Origin: Acidimicrobiia bacterium
GTDB taxonomy: Bacteria; Actinomycetota; Acidimicrobiia; Spongiisociales; ZC4RG35
Length of the DNA stretch: 64,000 nucleotides
Assembly (NCBI GenBank): GCA_036555105.1
Contig: DATBMA010000023.1
Coordinates: 3,786-67,785, forward strand
Direction: 5' to 3'
The position numbers were made by a program, and so were the translations under genes. The stretch's first letter is position 1, and the number at the start of each line of letters is the position of its first letter. The notes beneath the pieces are model-generated. The model searched no databases. It saw nothing but the letters and a program-made list of their open reading frames with translations, and was not told where the DNA came from. Shown here one piece after another: positions 62,330-64,000 of this stretch.

Positions 62330-63255
62330 GTGAGCGAATCCTCGTCGTCGACGACGACCCCGACATCCTCCAGGTGGTCAAGATCAACCTCGAGCTCGAG
62401 GGCTATGAGGTGGAGACGGCGACCGACGGGGTGGAAGCGGTTGACAAGGCCACCGCCGACCCGCCCCAGCTGATCCTGCTCGACATCATGATGCCGCGGA
62501 TGGACGGGCTCACGGCCCTCCGCCGGATCAGGGCTCATGGGGCCACCGGCAACACCTCGATCATCCTGCTGACTGCCCGTGGCCTGCCCGAGGACCGTGT
62601 GCGCGGGCTCGAACTCGGCGCAGACGACTACATCACCAAGCCGTTCGACGTCGCCGAGCTCGTGGCCAGGGTCATGGCCGTGCTTCGACGCACTCAGGCT
62701 GCGCGCGATCTCTCTCCCCTGACCGGCTTGCCAGGCAACTTCCGGATCGGGCAGGAGATCGAGAAGACGATCGCGTCCGGCCAGCAGTTCGCTCTCGTGC
62801 ATTGCGATCTCGACAACTTCAAGGCTTTCAACGACCACTACGGGTTCATGCGCGGAGACGAGGTCATCCGCTTCTTCGGACGTTGCCTGCGGAGGGCATC
62901 CGAAGAGGTCGGCGAGCCCGACTCGTTCGTCGGGCACATCGGGGGTGACGACTTCGTGACTTTGCTCGAGGCCGAACATGCAGAGGAGTTCTGCAAGCAC
63001 GTCATCGAGCATTTCGATGATGGAATCCTCGACTTCTATGACACCGCCGACGCCCTGCGGGGCTATATCGAGGTAATCGACCGGCGAGGTGAGCGTTATG
63101 CGTTCCCGGTCGTCTCCATCTCGCTAGGTGTCGTCACCAACCTCAACCGGGCGATCGAGAGCCAGTGGGAGGCCTCGGCGGTAGCCGTCGAGATGAAGGA
63201 GTTCGCCAAGAAGAAGTCCGGCTCCTCCTACGAGATCGATCGTCGTACCACCTGA
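62326..63255 (+). CDS. response regulator: REC domain fused to a GGDEF-family domain (motif variant GGDDF, no RxxD I-site)
   Basis: N-terminal receiver (VVDDDPDI...D55-like LLDIMMP...K-like ITKPF) plus a GGDEF fold (HCDLDNFKAFND ... HIGGDDF); ATGA overlap with rpe. Confidence 0.8.
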   Translation: MSERILVVDDDPDILQVVKINLELEGYEVETATDGVEAVDKATADPPQLILLDIMMPRMDGLTALRRIRAHGATGNTSIILLTARGLPEDRVRGLELGADDYITKPFDVAELVARVMAVLRRTQAARDLSPLTGLPGNFRIGQEIEKTIASGQQFALVHCDLDNFKAFNDHYGFMRGDEVIRFFGRCLRRASEEVGEPDSFVGHIGGDDFVTLLEAEHAEEFCKHVIEHFDDGILDFYDTADALRGYIEVIDRRGERYAFPVVSISLGVVTNLNRAIESQWEASAVAVEMKEFAKKKSGSSYEIDRRTT

Positions 63256-63256
63256 C

Positions 63257-64000
63257 GTGGGGGCCGAACAGGCCGCAATGGAACGCGCCGGTCAACTGGC
63301 CGGCTCCCATCACACTCATCCCAACCCTCGCGTGGGCGCCGTGATCCTGGATGCAGCCGGGTCGATTGTGGGGGAGGGGAGTCATCGGGGCCCGGGATCC
63401 CGACATGCCGAGATAGAGGCCTTGGCTGCCGCCGGGCCGGCCTCCGAGGGGGCGACGATGGTCGTGACCCTCGAGCCATGTGTGCACTACGGGCTCACTC
63501 CTCCATGCACGGATGCCATCGTCGCGGCCGGGATCGCCAGAGTGGTGGTTGGAGCCGTTGATCCGGATGAACGGGTGGGTGGAGGCGGCATCGCGGCTCT
63601 GCGCCGAGCGGGCATCGCAGTGGAGGTGGACCCAGATGCAAACCGGTGGGAAGCGATAGACCCCGACTATTTCCATCATCGCCGGACCGGGAGGAGCCGC
63701 TTCATGCTCAAACAGGCAGCGACGCTCGACGGACAGACTGCGGCGTTGATGGGAAGCTCGCGCTGGATCACAGGCGAGCGGGCGCGGGCCGATGCGCACC
63801 GGCTGAGGTCGGAAGCAGACGCGGTGCTGATCGGGGCAGGCACGCTGCTGTCCGACGACCCCGGCCTCGACGTCCGCCTTCCCAATTGGAACGGCCCCCA
63901 GCCGCGGCCAGTGGTGGTGGCCGGCCGGCGACCTCTGCCGATCGAGGCCAAGATCTGGGATCGAAGCGCCCTGGTGGTGGCGACCTCCGAGCCGCCCATA
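63257..64000 (+). CDS. ribD: riboflavin biosynthesis protein RibD (deaminase/reductase), 5' partial running off the window
   Basis: CMP/dCMP-type deaminase zinc motif HAEIEAL ... TLEPCVHYGLTPPC followed by the reductase domain start; no stop before the window end. Confidence 0.85.
   Translation, partial: MGAEQAAMERAGQLAGSHHTHPNPRVGAVILDAAGSIVGEGSHRGPGSRHAEIEALAAAGPASEGATMVVTLEPCVHYGLTPPCTDAIVAAGIARVVVGAVDPDERVGGGGIAALRRAGIAVEVDPDANRWEAIDPDYFHHRRTGRSRFMLKQAATLDGQTAALMGSSRWITGERARADAHRLRSEADAVLIGAGTLLSDDPGLDVRLPNWNGPQPRPVVVAGRRPLPIEAKIWDRSALVVATSEPPI

Noticed and set aside
61681-63012. 443-aa minus-strand ORF antisense to rpe and the REC-GGDEF gene
   Set aside because: Antisense artefact

Overview
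This is a high-GC (~68-70%) actinobacterial chromosomal window. Mycothiol synthase mshD and the pgsA-patA-pimA phosphatidylinositol-mannoside trio place it in Actinomycetota. The first ~8 kb is a mixed-strand accessory block: GerW/YtfJ-like protein, DUF1648 membrane protein, lipoprotein, SulP/STAS anion transporter, patatin-like lipase, mshD and an APH-family kinase. After thrS and a convergently inserted citrate synthase / EF-G-paralog pair, about 50 kb (14.2 kb to the window end) is a single plus-strand array of ~50 core housekeeping genes in mycobacteria-like synteny: PI/PIM synthesis, pdxST, yebC-ruvCAB, queA-tgt, yajC-secDF, apt, rel, hisS, aspS, rarA, alaS, ruvX, mltG, the aro genes, efp-nusB, the pyr/car operon with a PyrR leader, mihF-gmk-rpoZ-coaBC-metK-priA-def-fmt-rpe, a REC-GGDEF response regulator, and a 5' partial ribD. 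About 19 junctions use 4-nt ATGA/GTGA stop/start overlaps. I found no rRNA, tRNA, CRISPR array or transposase. The best candidates for something new are (1) two essential genes (aroE, priA) with no canonical start codon, where a CTG embedded in a CTGA overlap is the likely start, (2) an unlisted 65-aa zinc-ribbon mini-protein downstream of the APH-like kinase whose stop shares a CTAG palindrome with the mshD stop, (3) an orphan REC-GGDEF regulator fused by ATGA into the rpe-ribD core operon, and (4) a DUF4388 acidic-tail protein between aroE and a prepilin peptidase. Many long antisense ORFs in the supplied track are GC-driven artefacts and were rejected.
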